From Candidatus Altimarinota bacterium (GTDB taxonomy: Bacteria > Patescibacteriota > Gracilibacteria > CAIRYL01 > GCA-016699755): 64,000 bases of DNA. Positions 20,301-30,468 of the stretch are shown piece after piece. The first letter of the stretch is position 1, and each line of letters begins with the position of its first letter. Below the pieces are notes generated by a model that saw only the letters and a list, made by a program, of their open reading frames with translations, searched no databases and was not told where the DNA came from. A program made the position numbers and the translations under genes. Location: assembly GCA_963664295.1 (NCBI GenBank), contig OY760935.1, positions 512,001-576,000 of the forward strand. Direction: 5' to 3'.

Positions 20301-22791
20301 TAATTCTAGAACCTGTTTTATAAAGACTGATTAATGCATCAATATATTCTACGGTAGTGGCTTTTTTAATTGTAAGATTTAGCACTAATTCATGTTTAAT
20401 TTCTATATCTCCCTGATGAAGCTTAATTAATGCATTAACATAATCTGTGTTCGTAAATTTTTCTCTCGGAAAATCTTTCAAGCAGTAATAAAGCTCTATT
20501 CCCGCTTGATCAAGTTTAATAAAATTATTAACACAAACCGAATCAAGAGTGTTTTCCGGACAATATTCAAGAACACCGTAAAAATTTATACCAACACTAC
20601 TTAAGACGATTAAAGCATTAACATAATTCTCATCACTTGCCTTCTCTAGGGTTAAACATTCAATTAAAGAATCTGTTATTTTAATGCCAAATTTTTGAAG
20701 CTTAATTAAAACATCAACATAATATTTATTTTTTAGTTTTTCTGGAGTCAAAACTTTTATTAAATCACTTTCTTCGCGCAAAGAACAAAACTTCACAATA
20801 TTATCCATATAAACTTTATCTCCTACTTCTGCAGATTCCAGCAATTTAACTAAATTTACATCAAAACTTGCTCCTAGTTTTTGTAAAATAAATAATCGCT
20901 CAACACAAGCCTTGTCTTTTATTCTTGCAAAAGTCAAATAGGAAAGTAGGCTAGAAGTTATTGTTAAACCTAATTTGCATAAAGCAAATAATTCTTGAAC
21001 ATAAATTTTGTCTTTAGCTTTTTCCAAAGTAAAATTTTCTATAAATTTACCATCAATTTCTATGCCTGCTTGATGAAGCTTAACTAAGGTGTCAATATAA
21101 TTTTTATCTTTGGATTTTTGAACAGAAAGACTAAAGCTAATTATTCCTATTTTATTATATAATTCAACTACTACATCAACATAAGCCTGATTCATTTTTT
21201 CAGACCCAAGACTTTGTATCAAATATTCATCATAACATCTTACGCCTATTTTCCGCAAATCATCAAAAATTTCAATATTATCTTTAACAAGGCTAGCACT
21301 ATTTTTACACCAAAAATAATCATTAAACAAATTATTATCAACCTTAAATCCTGCCTGATGAAGCTCTATAAAAAAATCCAACTTGTTAATGGTAAATTCA
21401 TTAAAATTACGACACAAAGGTTCAACTTCTATGCCTGCTTGATGCATTTTAAGTATAGCGTTTATATATTGTTCTTGTTTAAATTCTTCAACCGAAAAAC
21501 CATCAATCAACCTACTATCAACTTTTATGCCTGCTTGATGAAGCATGATTAAGGTTTTAATATAATTTTCATCTTTGCCTTTATCTGTATATAACTCTTT
21601 AACTAATTCGCCATTAATTTCTATGCCTGCTTTATGCAGAGCTATTAAATTTTTGAGATAAATTTCATCCTTTACCCTTCTTGAGTCCAATGCTTTTATT
21701 AAGCTTCTATTAATTTTTATGCCTTCTTTTTGTAAGCTCATCAAAACATCAACATAACCTTCCTCTTTAAATTTCCTAGGATAAAAATATGCAATTAGCT
21801 CACTATCAATCTCTTCTGACTGCCTCATTTTAATCATTGCATTGACATATCCTGCTTTTGTAGCTTGTTGTATAAAAAAATTTTTAACTAATTTGCCATC
21901 AACTTTTATACCTGCTTGATGAAACTTGATTAAAGCATCAATATAATCTTGATTTTGAGATCTTGCCAAATCAAAATGCCACAAAAAACTTCCATCAATA
22001 TCTATCTCTGCTTTGTGCAATTTTATTAAAGCATCAATATATTCTTTGTCCCAACTCTTTAAACTGTCTAAGGAAAAATTATCTATGTCTACAGCCTGTT
22101 TGAAGGTGATTAAAGTGTTAACATTGTCTTCATTTTTCAACATTCTTACAACATTGTTTCGAAAAAAATTGGAATCAATAACTATACCTAATTTCTGAAG
22201 TTTTACTAATGTGTCTATAAAGTGTTCATTATTTAGTTCAACACCGCTCAGTGCTCCAATAAAAAAGAAATCTATCTTTGCTCCCAATTCATGAAACATT
22301 ATCAAAGTATCAACATATTTTTCATGGTTTACTTTAATACAAGACAAAAATCTAATTGTTTCACTATCAATCCTTATACCTGCTTCACTTAATTTTATTA
22401 AAGCTTCAGAATATTTTTTATTATATACTTTTTCTAAGGTAAATCTTTTAACAAATTCACTGTCAACTATCACGCCTGCCTGATGAAAACTTAATAATAA
22501 ATCTGCATCCAAGTGTCCCTTGATTTGATTTAAGTAAGCATTTAATAAATCAGGATTACTATCTAATATAACAAATAATGCATCTTCAAGATTATACACT
22601 GGAGCAATATTTTCAATTCTTGTGTACTGCTTAAAATCATTAATATCCTTTTTAATGTCAATTATTTTTTGAACAAGCTCTTTTTGTAGTTTTTCAATAT
22701 CAATATCTGACTTTTCTAAATCTTCTCTAAGTCCTTGAATATCAATTTTAACTGCCTCAAATTTCTGAGAAAAAGACTCATTATTGCTCAT
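17362..22791 (-). CDS. 1809-aa protein with 32-aa helical repeats and a C-terminal putative clan-CD cysteine protease domain
   Basis: Repeat consensus Y(I/V)DALIKLHQAGI.(I/V)D..(L/F)V..(L/F)T.EK. C-terminal YVGHAG and GQACWS, followed by DSDGDGIPD. Confidence 0.8.
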   Translation of the reverse strand: MSNNESFSQKFEAVKIDIQGLREDLEKSDIDIEKLQKELVQKIIDIKKDINDFKQYTRIENIAPVYNLEDALFVILDSNPDLLNAYLNQIKGHLDADLLLSFHQAGVIVDSEFVKRFTLEKVYNKKYSEALIKLSEAGIRIDSETIRFLSCIKVNHEKYVDTLIMFHELGAKIDFFFIGALSGVELNNEHFIDTLVKLQKLGIVIDSNFFRNNVVRMLKNEDNVNTLITFKQAVDIDNFSLDSLKSWDKEYIDALIKLHKAEIDIDGSFLWHFDLARSQNQDYIDALIKFHQAGIKVDGKLVKNFFIQQATKAGYVNAMIKMRQSEEIDSELIAYFYPRKFKEEGYVDVLMSLQKEGIKINRSLIKALDSRRVKDEIYLKNLIALHKAGIEINGELVKELYTDKGKDENYIKTLIMLHQAGIKVDSRLIDGFSVEEFKQEQYINAILKMHQAGIEVEPLCRNFNEFTINKLDFFIELHQAGFKVDNNLFNDYFWCKNSASLVKDNIEIFDDLRKIGVRCYDEYLIQSLGSEKMNQAYVDVVVELYNKIGIISFSLSVQKSKDKNYIDTLVKLHQAGIEIDGKFIENFTLEKAKDKIYVQELFALCKLGLTITSSLLSYLTFARIKDKACVERLFILQKLGASFDVNLVKLLESAEVGDKVYMDNIVKFCSLREESDLIKVLTPEKLKNKYYVDVLIKLQKFGIKITDSLIECLTLEKASDENYVNALIVLSSVGINFYGVLEYCPENTLDSVCVNNFIKLDQAGIELYYCLKDFPREKFTNTDYVNALIKLHQGDIEIKHELVLNLTIKKATTVEYIDALISLYKTGSRIREYLLKYFSIEKAENKDYVKILIKLAQAGFDVDGSFVYSFSFEKAENKNYIDKLIKLAQAGFDVDGFFVDSLSIEKAENKDYVKILIKLAQAGFDVDGSFVRVFSIEKAVNEDYVKSLIRLGLAGIKLDDGFISNFVLEKGVNKDYVDALIIFFTNLNICSFERASFIDELPLEEGVNGEYAKKIVQLNKINLKLRTEGFYQFFKPEKINNENYFNALVAFINGEDVSEFLIKNNENNNLLIIEAFCDGLNVVKNFSKKSCVSFLEKTNQFTQAEKQHLFLGLLKVEKIDFIPLVENFSAEFIFWNINNLNVEKDVNIDKTKKTMMSFRLLMRFVDNFPNSSSIADISKLFEDILFEGKELPITDIEALNKIYSAIGFLFLKKGTPEQFDKILTYAESDKNKIARFLTTNLSIGLRRGSFKYRKYAERIEKLKQSQNLLPDAPPRKEILADGKFVSYIYFGQEEFFRSWEADLFERPEYGWKREDRKEEMVYIMHGAKTDKDGKNIPIEVHIPKTFGSNNEKVFEKMNDPNVDYVQYVGHAGGRNQLSSAIQSAYKKYAIKESDQSKIFVGQACWSFKSYAPHIKRVFPYAQYIGTKDISNIVEGQNVFEVILDGVLRDQNWDQIAEEMRKRPSPFIKKNGRWTLPKKTRGITSSNYVLPNDPKILDVIDSDGDGIPDSRDNAHNLIISRFRSEETCDPTLPNSNEQPGHRPLDILNVVDRTREVFFPFVNLGVDESANRYNVQGWHHENDDRNQDLLRIRTDFYGNQNDFMEINGQMMPVLNLDLSFNARFMRASDRALVLMAMKEVGDYLYANYDVDQWKRDFKEGNIRDHDEYELNKEEPDKTKGKEATLYASIVDLMRAFQMPQNRDNFEIYRDLYESFRQKYEISSEIDFITAYQFVWSKAYAGNKDYWRDDTYLRPLYDKYTEYSQKIKNPEQMKDDPHFAKYEELKQKGKDNDTISQHLACEDLMKKLRGKL
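19990..20275 (-). repeat. About 3 near-identical 96-bp tandem units (recent repeat expansion)
   Basis: aaacctgcttgggcaagctttattaat at 20021, 20117 and 20213. Confidence 0.9.
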
Positions 22792-22948
22792 TTTTTTTAG
22801 ATAAATTTATTGATCTTAGCTCTTGCTCTATTAATTCTAAGTCTTTCAAAGCTTTATTTAACCTTACTTTCTTAATTTTATTTCTTTTTAACTTACCTTC
22901 TATTAAACAAGCTTCTTTTTCTGCCTGCTTATTGCTTTCATCTGACAT
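22781..22948 (-). CDS. 55-aa helical peptide, partner of the repeat protein (not in the ORF track)
   Basis: MSDESNKQAEKEACLIEGKLKRNKIKKVRLNKALKDLELIEQELRSINLSKKNEQ. It overlaps the downstream start and has a paralogue at 35529-35675. Confidence 0.8.
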   Translation of the reverse strand: MSDESNKQAEKEACLIEGKLKRNKIKKVRLNKALKDLELIEQELRSINLSKKNEQ

Positions 22949-22958
22949 AGATTAATTT

Positions 22959-23001
22959 TAATAATTCTTATTATTATATAATATTTTGCTTAAAAAAGCA
23001 A
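22959..23001 (-). promoter_or_regulatory. Sigma70-type promoter of module copy 1
   Basis: TTGCTT-17-TATAAT. 20 bp are identical to 35684-35703. Confidence 0.7.
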
Positions 23002-23105
23002 ATTATATACTAATTATTGCAAATAATACACACTGAAATATTAGAGCTCTAAATTGGTCAATGTTCAAAAAATTTTTATTTTAAGTCAATAAAGTCACAA
23101 CTACA

Positions 23106-24812
23106 TTAAAATTTTCTTTTTCTGTTTCTTTTTTTAGAAAATGACTTTTTAAAGCTAGTTTTTTTTCTTTTTGGTGAACCTAATTTTCTTTTTACAGGTA
23201 AATTTTTTGATTCAAATCCACTTATTTTTTTAATTTCAATTACTGTTCCTTTAAATTTTGCTTTTTGAAAAACTTTTAATAAAGTTTCTGTAAATTCAGC
23301 ATCAATCTCAAAAAAGGATTCGCTTTGTCTAATGTCAATTTGCCCTATTTCAACATACTTTAAAGCTGATTTTTTGATCAAAGTTTCTATTAAACGCTTT
23401 GGTCCAAAGTTGTTATTTTTACCTAAATTAATCTTAAACTTAGCAAATTGAATATTTTTCTTCCTTGTAATTTTATCACCTCCTTTTGTAGCAACATTTA
23501 AATCCGGCGCGTTCTTGTAAAAAGATAAAAAACGATTAAATTCCATAGAAATAATTTGCGCAATTAAGTCTTTTTTGCTTAATGTTTCAAATTTTTTACA
23601 CAAAGGATCAAGATAGGGTTCAATCTCTTTTTTGTCAATTTCTACATCAGCAATCTTGTTCATTAACTGAAAAAGTTGAGCTTCACAAATTTCTTTACCA
23701 AGAGGAATTTGTTTTTGCTGAAAATCTTTACCTATTTTTTTCTCTAAAAAGCGTATTTTTTGTATTTCTTTCATATGAACAATAACTATCGAAATACCGC
23801 TTTTTTTAGCTCTTCCAGTGCGCCCACTACGATGAATATAAGTTTCCAAGCTATCTGGTAAATTATAGCTAATTATATGTGTCAAATCATTCACATCTAA
23901 TCCACGCGCTGCGATATCTGTTGCTACCAAAAGCTGAACTTGCTTATTTCGAAAGCGATTCATAGTTGCACTACGCTGTTCCTGTGACATATCTCCATGT
24001 AAAGCTTCAGCAGAATAATGATCACGAATTAATTTATCAGCAACCTCTTGAGTCTCTCTCCTTGTTCGACAAAAAATAATACCATAAATATCAGGATTTA
24101 CATCGGCAATACGCCTTAAAACTTTATAGCGATCTTTTGCATGAGCCACATAATAAAAATGTTCAATTTTAGTGAGACTGGCGTTTTTTTTATGTATTTC
24201 TATTTCTTCTGCCTCACGCATGTATTTTTGTGCAATTTTTTTCACATTACTTGGCATAGTTGCTGAAAAAAGCAAAGTTTGCTTTTTCTGAGGAGTTTCT
24301 GCCAAAATAGCATCTAAATCTTCCTTGAAGCCCATATTTAAAATCTCATCAGCTTCATCAATAACTAACCATTGAATATTATTAATTTTTAACTTTTTCT
24401 TACGAATTAAATCCAAAACTCGCCCTGGAGTTCCAACTACAATACTCTTTTCTTTTTTAAGTTCTCTTATTTGAACATCAATACGCGCCCCTCCATAAAT
24501 AGGAACAACCGAGATATTTGGTAGATATTTAATAAAATTATTTATATCTTTAGTAATTTGTACACAAAGCTCACGCGTTGGGCAAATAATAATTGCCTGA
24601 ACATGCTTGGATTTTGGATCTATTTGTTCAATAATCGGCAAACCAAAAGCAGCTGTTTTGCCAGTTCCAGTCTGAGCAAGAGCTATAAGATCTTTTTTTG
24701 AACTCAAGATATAAGGAATACTTTTTTCTTGAATTTCTGTAGGCTTATCAAAACCAAGATCCTGAATAGCATCAAGAATTTCTTTTTTTAAGCCAAGATT
24801 TTTAAAATTCAT
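23106..24812 (-). CDS. DEAD-box RNA helicase (DeaD/CshA-like, with DbpA-type C-terminal domain)
   Basis: Q motif, AQTGTGKT, PTREL, TPGR, DEAD, SAT, ARGLD and HRSGRTGR. Confidence 0.93.
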   Translation of the reverse strand: MNFKNLGLKKEILDAIQDLGFDKPTEIQEKSIPYILSSKKDLIALAQTGTGKTAAFGLPIIEQIDPKSKHVQAIIICPTRELCVQITKDINNFIKYLPNISVVPIYGGARIDVQIRELKKEKSIVVGTPGRVLDLIRKKKLKINNIQWLVIDEADEILNMGFKEDLDAILAETPQKKQTLLFSATMPSNVKKIAQKYMREAEEIEIHKKNASLTKIEHFYYVAHAKDRYKVLRRIADVNPDIYGIIFCRTRRETQEVADKLIRDHYSAEALHGDMSQEQRSATMNRFRNKQVQLLVATDIAARGLDVNDLTHIISYNLPDSLETYIHRSGRTGRAKKSGISIVIVHMKEIQKIRFLEKKIGKDFQQKQIPLGKEICEAQLFQLMNKIADVEIDKKEIEPYLDPLCKKFETLSKKDLIAQIISMEFNRFLSFYKNAPDLNVATKGGDKITRKKNIQFAKFKINLGKNNNFGPKRLIETLIKKSALKYVEIGQIDIRQSESFFEIDAEFTETLLKVFQKAKFKGTVIEIKKISGFESKNLPVKRKLGSPKRKKTSFKKSFSKKRNRKRKF

Positions 24813-24855
24813 CAATATAATTTAAAGAGCTGTAAAAATATACTCAATTTATTTT

Positions 24856-26649
24856 TTATTTTGAGCGCTTTCTGTCAATTTCTTTTAGGTATTTTTTTCG
24901 TAAACGAATTCGAGTAGGAGTAATTTCTGCGTATTCGTCGTCTTTAATATACTCTATTGCTTTCTCTAATGTAATAGGAATTATAGGAGTCAGAGTAAGA
25001 GCATCATCAGAACCAGAAGCTCGCACATTAGTTAACTTCTTGTTTTTAGTTGGATTAACATTAATATCAGTTCCTTGATTGTGTTCACCAATAATCATTC
25101 CTTCATAAATTTCTGTAGCTGGTTTTATAAACATTGGTCCACGCTCTTGAAGTTTCCATAGTGAATAAGCCATGGCAACACCTGTTTCTGCGGAAATCAT
25201 AGACCCAACACTACGCTTTTCAATATGTCCAAGGTGAGGAGCAAAATGGTCAAATGAATGATAAAAAGTACCTTCCCCGCGAGTAAGAAGCAAAAATAAA
25301 GACTGAAAACCAAGTAGTCCTCTAGTTGGAACAGTAAATTCCAAAAGAGTATTTCCATTATCTGATTGCATATTGGTCATAACTCCCTTTCTTTTTCCTA
25401 AAGCTTCAATAACTGAGCCACTCATAGCATCAGGAACATTAATAACTACATTTTCAATGGGCTCATGTTTTTTGCCATCAATATTTTTCATAATAACTTC
25501 TGGCTGAGAAATCTGTAGCTCAAATCCTTCGCGTCGCATAGTTTCAATTAAAACTGCTATATGCATTTCTCCACGACCATAAACCTTAATTGCATCACTA
25601 TTATCTTGAGGCTCAATTCTTAATCCAACATTAGTTTCTAGCTCTTTTTCTAAGCGATCTTTAATATGCCTACTAGTGACAAACTTCCCTTCACGACCTG
25701 CAAAAGGAGAATCATTCACCATAAATTCAATAGCTAATGAAGGAGGATCTACTTTAATGCTTGGCAAAGCTTCTGCGCTTGCATCAGTACTAATTGTTTC
25801 ACCCACATAAATATCTGGCAAACCAGCAATAGCGACTATGTCACCTGCTTCAACTTTAGAAACCTCTTTTCTCTCCATACCTTGAAAAGTAAAAAGTTTT
25901 GCTACTCTTCCGTTACGTTTTTTATTATTACTTCCGGTTATTATTACGCTTTGATTATTTTCTAAAACACCTTCATAAACACGCCCAATAGCAATTCGTC
26001 CTAAAAAATTATCATAACTCAAAGTTGCTGGTTGCATTCGAAAAGGCACATCCATATTGCCTGGTGCGGGCTCTACATGTTCCAAAATAAAGCTTATCAA
26101 TGGCTGAATATTTTCTCCTTTATCTTCTAGTTTAGCAATGGCAATACCCTCCTTGGCATTAGCATAAATATATGGAAAATCTAATTGTTCTTCAGTTGCT
26201 CCCAATGTAGCAAAAAGATCAAAAGTTAAATCCAAAACCTTATCTGGACGAGCCATAGGTTTGTCAATTTTATTAATCACTACTAATATTTTATGACCTA
26301 ATTCAAGGGATTTTTTTAATACAAATTTAGTCTGTGGCATAGGTCCTTCATAAGCATCCACTACCAATAAAACAGCATCAACTGTTTTAAGAACACGCTC
26401 TACTTCTGACCCAAAATCAGCATGCCCAGGAGTATCTACGATGTTAATCTTTTTCCCTTGATAATTAATAGATGCATTTTTCGCATAAATAGTAATACCA
26501 CGTTCTTTCTCTTGATCATTGCTATCCATAGCTCTTTCCTCAAGCCCTTTATGAGTGTCAAAATTCTCACTAGATTTTAAAAGTGAATCAATAAGAGTAG
26601 TTTTTCCATGATCAACATGGGCCACAACAGCAATATTATAAATTTCCAT
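24856..26649 (-). CDS. typA: Translational GTPase TypA/BipA
   Basis: [33 protein letters not shown] and [12 protein letters not shown]. Confidence 0.97.
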   Translation of the reverse strand: MEIYNIAVVAHVDHGKTTLIDSLLKSSENFDTHKGLEERAMDSNDQEKERGITIYAKNASINYQGKKINIVDTPGHADFGSEVERVLKTVDAVLLVVDAYEGPMPQTKFVLKKSLELGHKILVVINKIDKPMARPDKVLDLTFDLFATLGATEEQLDFPYIYANAKEGIAIAKLEDKGENIQPLISFILEHVEPAPGNMDVPFRMQPATLSYDNFLGRIAIGRVYEGVLENNQSVIITGSNNKKRNGRVAKLFTFQGMERKEVSKVEAGDIVAIAGLPDIYVGETISTDASAEALPSIKVDPPSLAIEFMVNDSPFAGREGKFVTSRHIKDRLEKELETNVGLRIEPQDNSDAIKVYGRGEMHIAVLIETMRREGFELQISQPEVIMKNIDGKKHEPIENVVINVPDAMSGSVIEALGKRKGVMTNMQSDNGNTLLEFTVPTRGLLGFQSLFLLLTRGEGTFYHSFDHFAPHLGHIEKRSVGSMISAETGVAMAYSLWKLQERGPMFIKPATEIYEGMIIGEHNQGTDINVNPTKNKKLTNVRASGSDDALTLTPIIPITLEKAIEYIKDDEYAEITPTRIRLRKKYLKEIDRKRSK

Positions 26650-26875
26650 CAATTTTTACTAAGAATAATCAAAATGTCCGATAGAATTTACACTAAAATT
26701 TATAGCTCGTCAAGTGTCATATTTTTGAATTAAAAAAAATCAATAGAAATAAAAGCTCAAAAAGTAAACATGGCTATACTTAAAACTTTATGATATTGTT
26801 AGCTTTGAATAGAAAAATTTTAAAAAAATATATTTGCAAGTGCAATATTGTTTTTTGTTACTTTAAAACAAACTT

Positions 26876-28243
26876 ATGAACAGCAAAATTCCAATTAGAT
26901 CTAAAGACGATATTCTAAAATTCTTTTATAGTGCCTCTGTCCCGAAAAAAGAATTACTAATTGGACTAGAAGTAGAAAGAAGTGGTGTTTTAGATATAGA
27001 CTTAAGTCCTGTTTCCTATTCAGGGAAGTCTGGTTATTTAGCAATATTAAAAAAACTTGTAAAAGAGGTTGGCTGGAAAATATCGAACCAAGATGATAAC
27101 GGCAATATTACCTCACTAAAAAGAGGTGGAAGCGAAATACACATAGAAGATGATGGTCGACTAGAATTAGTCAGCAAACCCAGAAAAGGACTTATTAATC
27201 TCTGCCGAGAATATGAAATGCATGCTCACGAAATTGATGAAATTTCTAAAGAGTTTGGCATACGTTGGACATCTATGGGTTGGCAACCTTTTGCAAAAAA
27301 AAGTGAAATAAGATATGCCTTTCCAGAACAAAATGCTATATCAAGCAAACATTACAAAAATCACTATCCCGATTGGCAAGAAAAATTATTTGCAGGATGG
27401 GAAAAGAAAAATAACGGAGTTCATGTAAACTTTGGCTACACATCTGAAGAAGACGCAATTAATAAATTTCAAACTGTATTAAAAATATCACCAATTTTAA
27501 TGGCAATGTTTGCCAATTCTCCACTTACAACTAGTAAATATTCAGGTTTTTTAGCAAAACGTAATCAAACAACATTTATGTGTTGCCCACATCGCACCCA
27601 AATACAAAAAGCTTTCTTTGAAAAAAATTTCAATTTTGATAAATGGGTTGAATACCTTTTAGACTTGCCTATGCGTCGAATTAGTCGTAAAAATAAACAA
27701 ATATTTGTTCCATTATCTTTTAGAAATTACCTAAAAAATGGCTACAAAAATTATCGTCCCCGAATTCAAGATTTATATTTGCATATAAAATCAGTTTGGA
27801 ATGAAGCAAGAATTAAACACTACCTTGAATACAGAGCATTTGATACAGTACCTCCTCACCTTATTCCATCAATTCCAGCAATCATCTGTGGTCTAACTTT
27901 AAATTTAGAAACCATGAAAGAATGCCAAAAATTAGTTAAAAATTGGACATTTAGTGATTATTTAGAAATGCGAAAAAAAGCATTTAAGTATGGATTGCAG
28001 GCAAAAACGCCTAATGGAGAAAAACTACTTCACCTTGCAAAAAAACTTATTAATATTTCCTCCAATTCTTTAAAAATAATGCATAAAAACAAAGTCGAAA
28101 GAATCGATGTGTCTCGCTTCTTGTGGCCAATTAAAGAATATATTTTTGTTCGCGAACAATCTCCAGCTGAATATGTTATGGAAATGTGGCGAGGAGATTG
28201 GCATAAAAATCCACGAAAATTACTTGAATGGTCAGAAAAATAA
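26876..28243 (+). CDS. Glutamate-cysteine ligase family protein (GCS2/EgtA-like)
   Basis: IGLEVE, IEDDGRLEL, GVHVN, AMFANSP and YLEYRAFD. Confidence 0.8.
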   Translation: MNSKIPIRSKDDILKFFYSASVPKKELLIGLEVERSGVLDIDLSPVSYSGKSGYLAILKKLVKEVGWKISNQDDNGNITSLKRGGSEIHIEDDGRLELVSKPRKGLINLCREYEMHAHEIDEISKEFGIRWTSMGWQPFAKKSEIRYAFPEQNAISSKHYKNHYPDWQEKLFAGWEKKNNGVHVNFGYTSEEDAINKFQTVLKISPILMAMFANSPLTTSKYSGFLAKRNQTTFMCCPHRTQIQKAFFEKNFNFDKWVEYLLDLPMRRISRKNKQIFVPLSFRNYLKNGYKNYRPRIQDLYLHIKSVWNEARIKHYLEYRAFDTVPPHLIPSIPAIICGLTLNLETMKECQKLVKNWTFSDYLEMRKKAFKYGLQAKTPNGEKLLHLAKKLINISSNSLKIMHKNKVERIDVSRFLWPIKEYIFVREQSPAEYVMEMWRGDWHKNPRKLLEWSEK

Positions 28244-28375
28244 TTCAAACTCTTTTTTGTCAAATTTACTAATTTATTTTCTTTAATAGCATCAACTTCC
28301 ACGTTAACACCGAAAAAAATCAATTTCCATTTATAGAAAATTACTAAATTATTTTAAAAAATCAATTTTTACCCA

Positions 28376-28468
28376 GACTGCGTCGTCAACGAACCCGAGG
28401 CTTCGAGGTAGCCATTTCCTGCTTCACAATGAAATAACCTTTGGCTTCGCCACAAAAACATTGCATTG
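28376..28468. repeat. ~94-bp dispersed GC-rich repeat, copy A
   Basis: Near-identical to 33293-33386. Confidence 0.9.
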
Positions 28469-28507
28469 AAGTTCCATATTGAATGATGTACGAAAAATTT
28501 TAACTAC

Positions 28508-28537
28508 AAAAAAAGCCAGTTTGAACTGGCTTTTTTT
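28508..28537. terminator. Bidirectional intrinsic terminator
   Basis: aaaaaaagccagtt-tg-aactggcttttttt between convergent genes. Confidence 0.8.
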
Positions 28538-28557
28538 AAGTCATTAAGTTCTATTTT

Positions 28558-30390
28558 TTATTTTATTAGCTGATAAATAGCTACTGCTGTTTCCCATCTT
28601 GTCAAAACTTTATTTGGTTCAAGATAATTTCCTTTTTCTGGAAATAAATCATATTTTTGCGCTACACCAGCGTACTGATAATACCAATCAGCTAAACTAA
28701 CGTCATAATATGAAACTGATAAATTTTGCTGAAGATTGTGCGCTTCTGTAAGCATTTTAAGAAACTCAGCAGTGGTCACCGTTTGTGCTGGACGAAATTT
28801 GCCATCAGCATATCCGTGAACTAAGCCTTTTTCTTTTGCCTTTTGAACATATTTTGCATACCAAGCATCAGCAGAAACATCTGGAAAAGGAGAAGTATTA
28901 ATATCTTCAACAGAGCCATAAGCAGACAAAACAATAAACTTACATACTTCAGCACGATTTAAGGTTCGATAGCCTTTAAATTTAACCTCTAAAGTTTCTC
29001 TGTTTAGATAACCCTTAATAATATTTTTATGAGAAAGATAAATAGCAGCACGACCTCTAAGTGTTTCTGCAACACTACTATTTATATCTGCATATGGATT
29101 AGATAACTCTTCTTCCTCTTGCACCTCTTGCTCATAGTCATCTTCATCGACAATAGAGATATTTGTGTTTTCATCTACACAAAGACCATTTTCACAATAA
29201 CCTGAACAAGTAACAAGCTTGTAAGTATATTCACTACCATCAAAATAATATTCTTTTAAGATTTTGTCTGACAAACAAACATCTTCATCAACAAAATTAC
29301 TTTTATCAATAAATAATGTGTAAATCCTACTTTCTAAAGGAAAATTGGCATCAATTTCCACTGCATCACCTGTATCTAAAGACTCTGCATCTATATAGCT
29401 ACTATTTGGAATTGATAAATATATATTTGAGTCAACTTCTCCATCAAAATCTACTTTTATATCAAAAATTTCTTTTTTTCCTGCCTCTATTTCAAAATTT
29501 AAATTATCAAAATAAGCATAGCCATTGTTCAAAAATCCTGTCTCTAATAAAACAGATCCATGATAAAGATTAATTTCATCTACTTCTTCTTCATAATCTA
29601 TAGATCCATTAATTCTAAGCTTAATTTCCTCTATTGCAATATCGCTATTTTGACTTTCATTCGTGAAATAAATATCTAAAGCATTAAATTTTTCAAAATT
29701 ATAATCAACATTTTGATTAAAAGGAGAGCTTACTTCTATTTTTAAAACTTCATCATCTAATAAATTATCATCATTTTGGCTATTATTAGTGTCATCGCCA
29801 TAAACTTCATCATAACTAACATCATAACTAACAGAAGAAATTACGTATATATTACCCCTTATAGGAAAATCACCATGAATATCTCCTGTAGTAAGATCAT
29901 CTCCTGATGATAAATCTTCTATTTCTATGTTATTTGCACTATTAAGTTCAATAGAAAAATAATCACCTGCAATAGCATCATCATCAATATCAAATTTGAG
30001 AGTTAATTCCAACTCTTGATCCTCCTGCAACATAAGATTTAGATTGTAAAATCTTAGCTCCCCATCATTGTTTAAGTCTGCAAAATCTAAAACAGTATTA
30101 CCTTGTAATAATTTTATGTCATCAAATGACTCTTGATGATATAAACCATACATTTTAAAAACAAGGTCTTTCAGTACAAGATCACAATTATCTGCACGAA
30201 CATTAAAAACAAGGACTTCAAAATCTTCAATATCCTTAGGGACAACCTGAGCAGGTTGATTTGATGAAGATAAGGATACATATAATTGCGGTGAACCAAC
30301 AGCCTGAGCAGTGTTAACACCTTGAGAGCTTAAAAAAAATAAACTCATTACAGTAAATAAAATACTGATTTTTCTTATTAAAATTTTCAT
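28558..30390 (-). CDS. Secreted surface protein with two Ig-like repeats and C-terminal SLH domains
   Basis: Signal peptide, a duplicated beta-rich unit (F.NLN..I/L) and FPDVSADAWY..GYADGKFRP. Confidence 0.85.
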   Translation of the reverse strand: MKILIRKISILFTVMSLFFLSSQGVNTAQAVGSPQLYVSLSSSNQPAQVVPKDIEDFEVLVFNVRADNCDLVLKDLVFKMYGLYHQESFDDIKLLQGNTVLDFADLNNDGELRFYNLNLMLQEDQELELTLKFDIDDDAIAGDYFSIELNSANNIEIEDLSSGDDLTTGDIHGDFPIRGNIYVISSVSYDVSYDEVYGDDTNNSQNDDNLLDDEVLKIEVSSPFNQNVDYNFEKFNALDIYFTNESQNSDIAIEEIKLRINGSIDYEEEVDEINLYHGSVLLETGFLNNGYAYFDNLNFEIEAGKKEIFDIKVDFDGEVDSNIYLSIPNSSYIDAESLDTGDAVEIDANFPLESRIYTLFIDKSNFVDEDVCLSDKILKEYYFDGSEYTYKLVTCSGYCENGLCVDENTNISIVDEDDYEQEVQEEEELSNPYADINSSVAETLRGRAAIYLSHKNIIKGYLNRETLEVKFKGYRTLNRAEVCKFIVLSAYGSVEDINTSPFPDVSADAWYAKYVQKAKEKGLVHGYADGKFRPAQTVTTAEFLKMLTEAHNLQQNLSVSYYDVSLADWYYQYAGVAQKYDLFPEKGNYLEPNKVLTRWETAVAIYQLIK

Positions 30391-30425
30391 GATTAAAAAT
30401 AAAAAGTTAAATGTTTAATTATTAA

Positions 30426-30452
30426 AACGAAAGTGAAGATAAAAATCTTACA
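30426..30452 (-). promoter_or_regulatory. Putative ECF-sigma promoter upstream of the SLH gene
   Basis: TGTAAGATTTTT-N11-CGTT, the same as at 32846-32872. Confidence 0.7.
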
Positions 30453-30468
30453 CTTTTTTTGTAATTTT

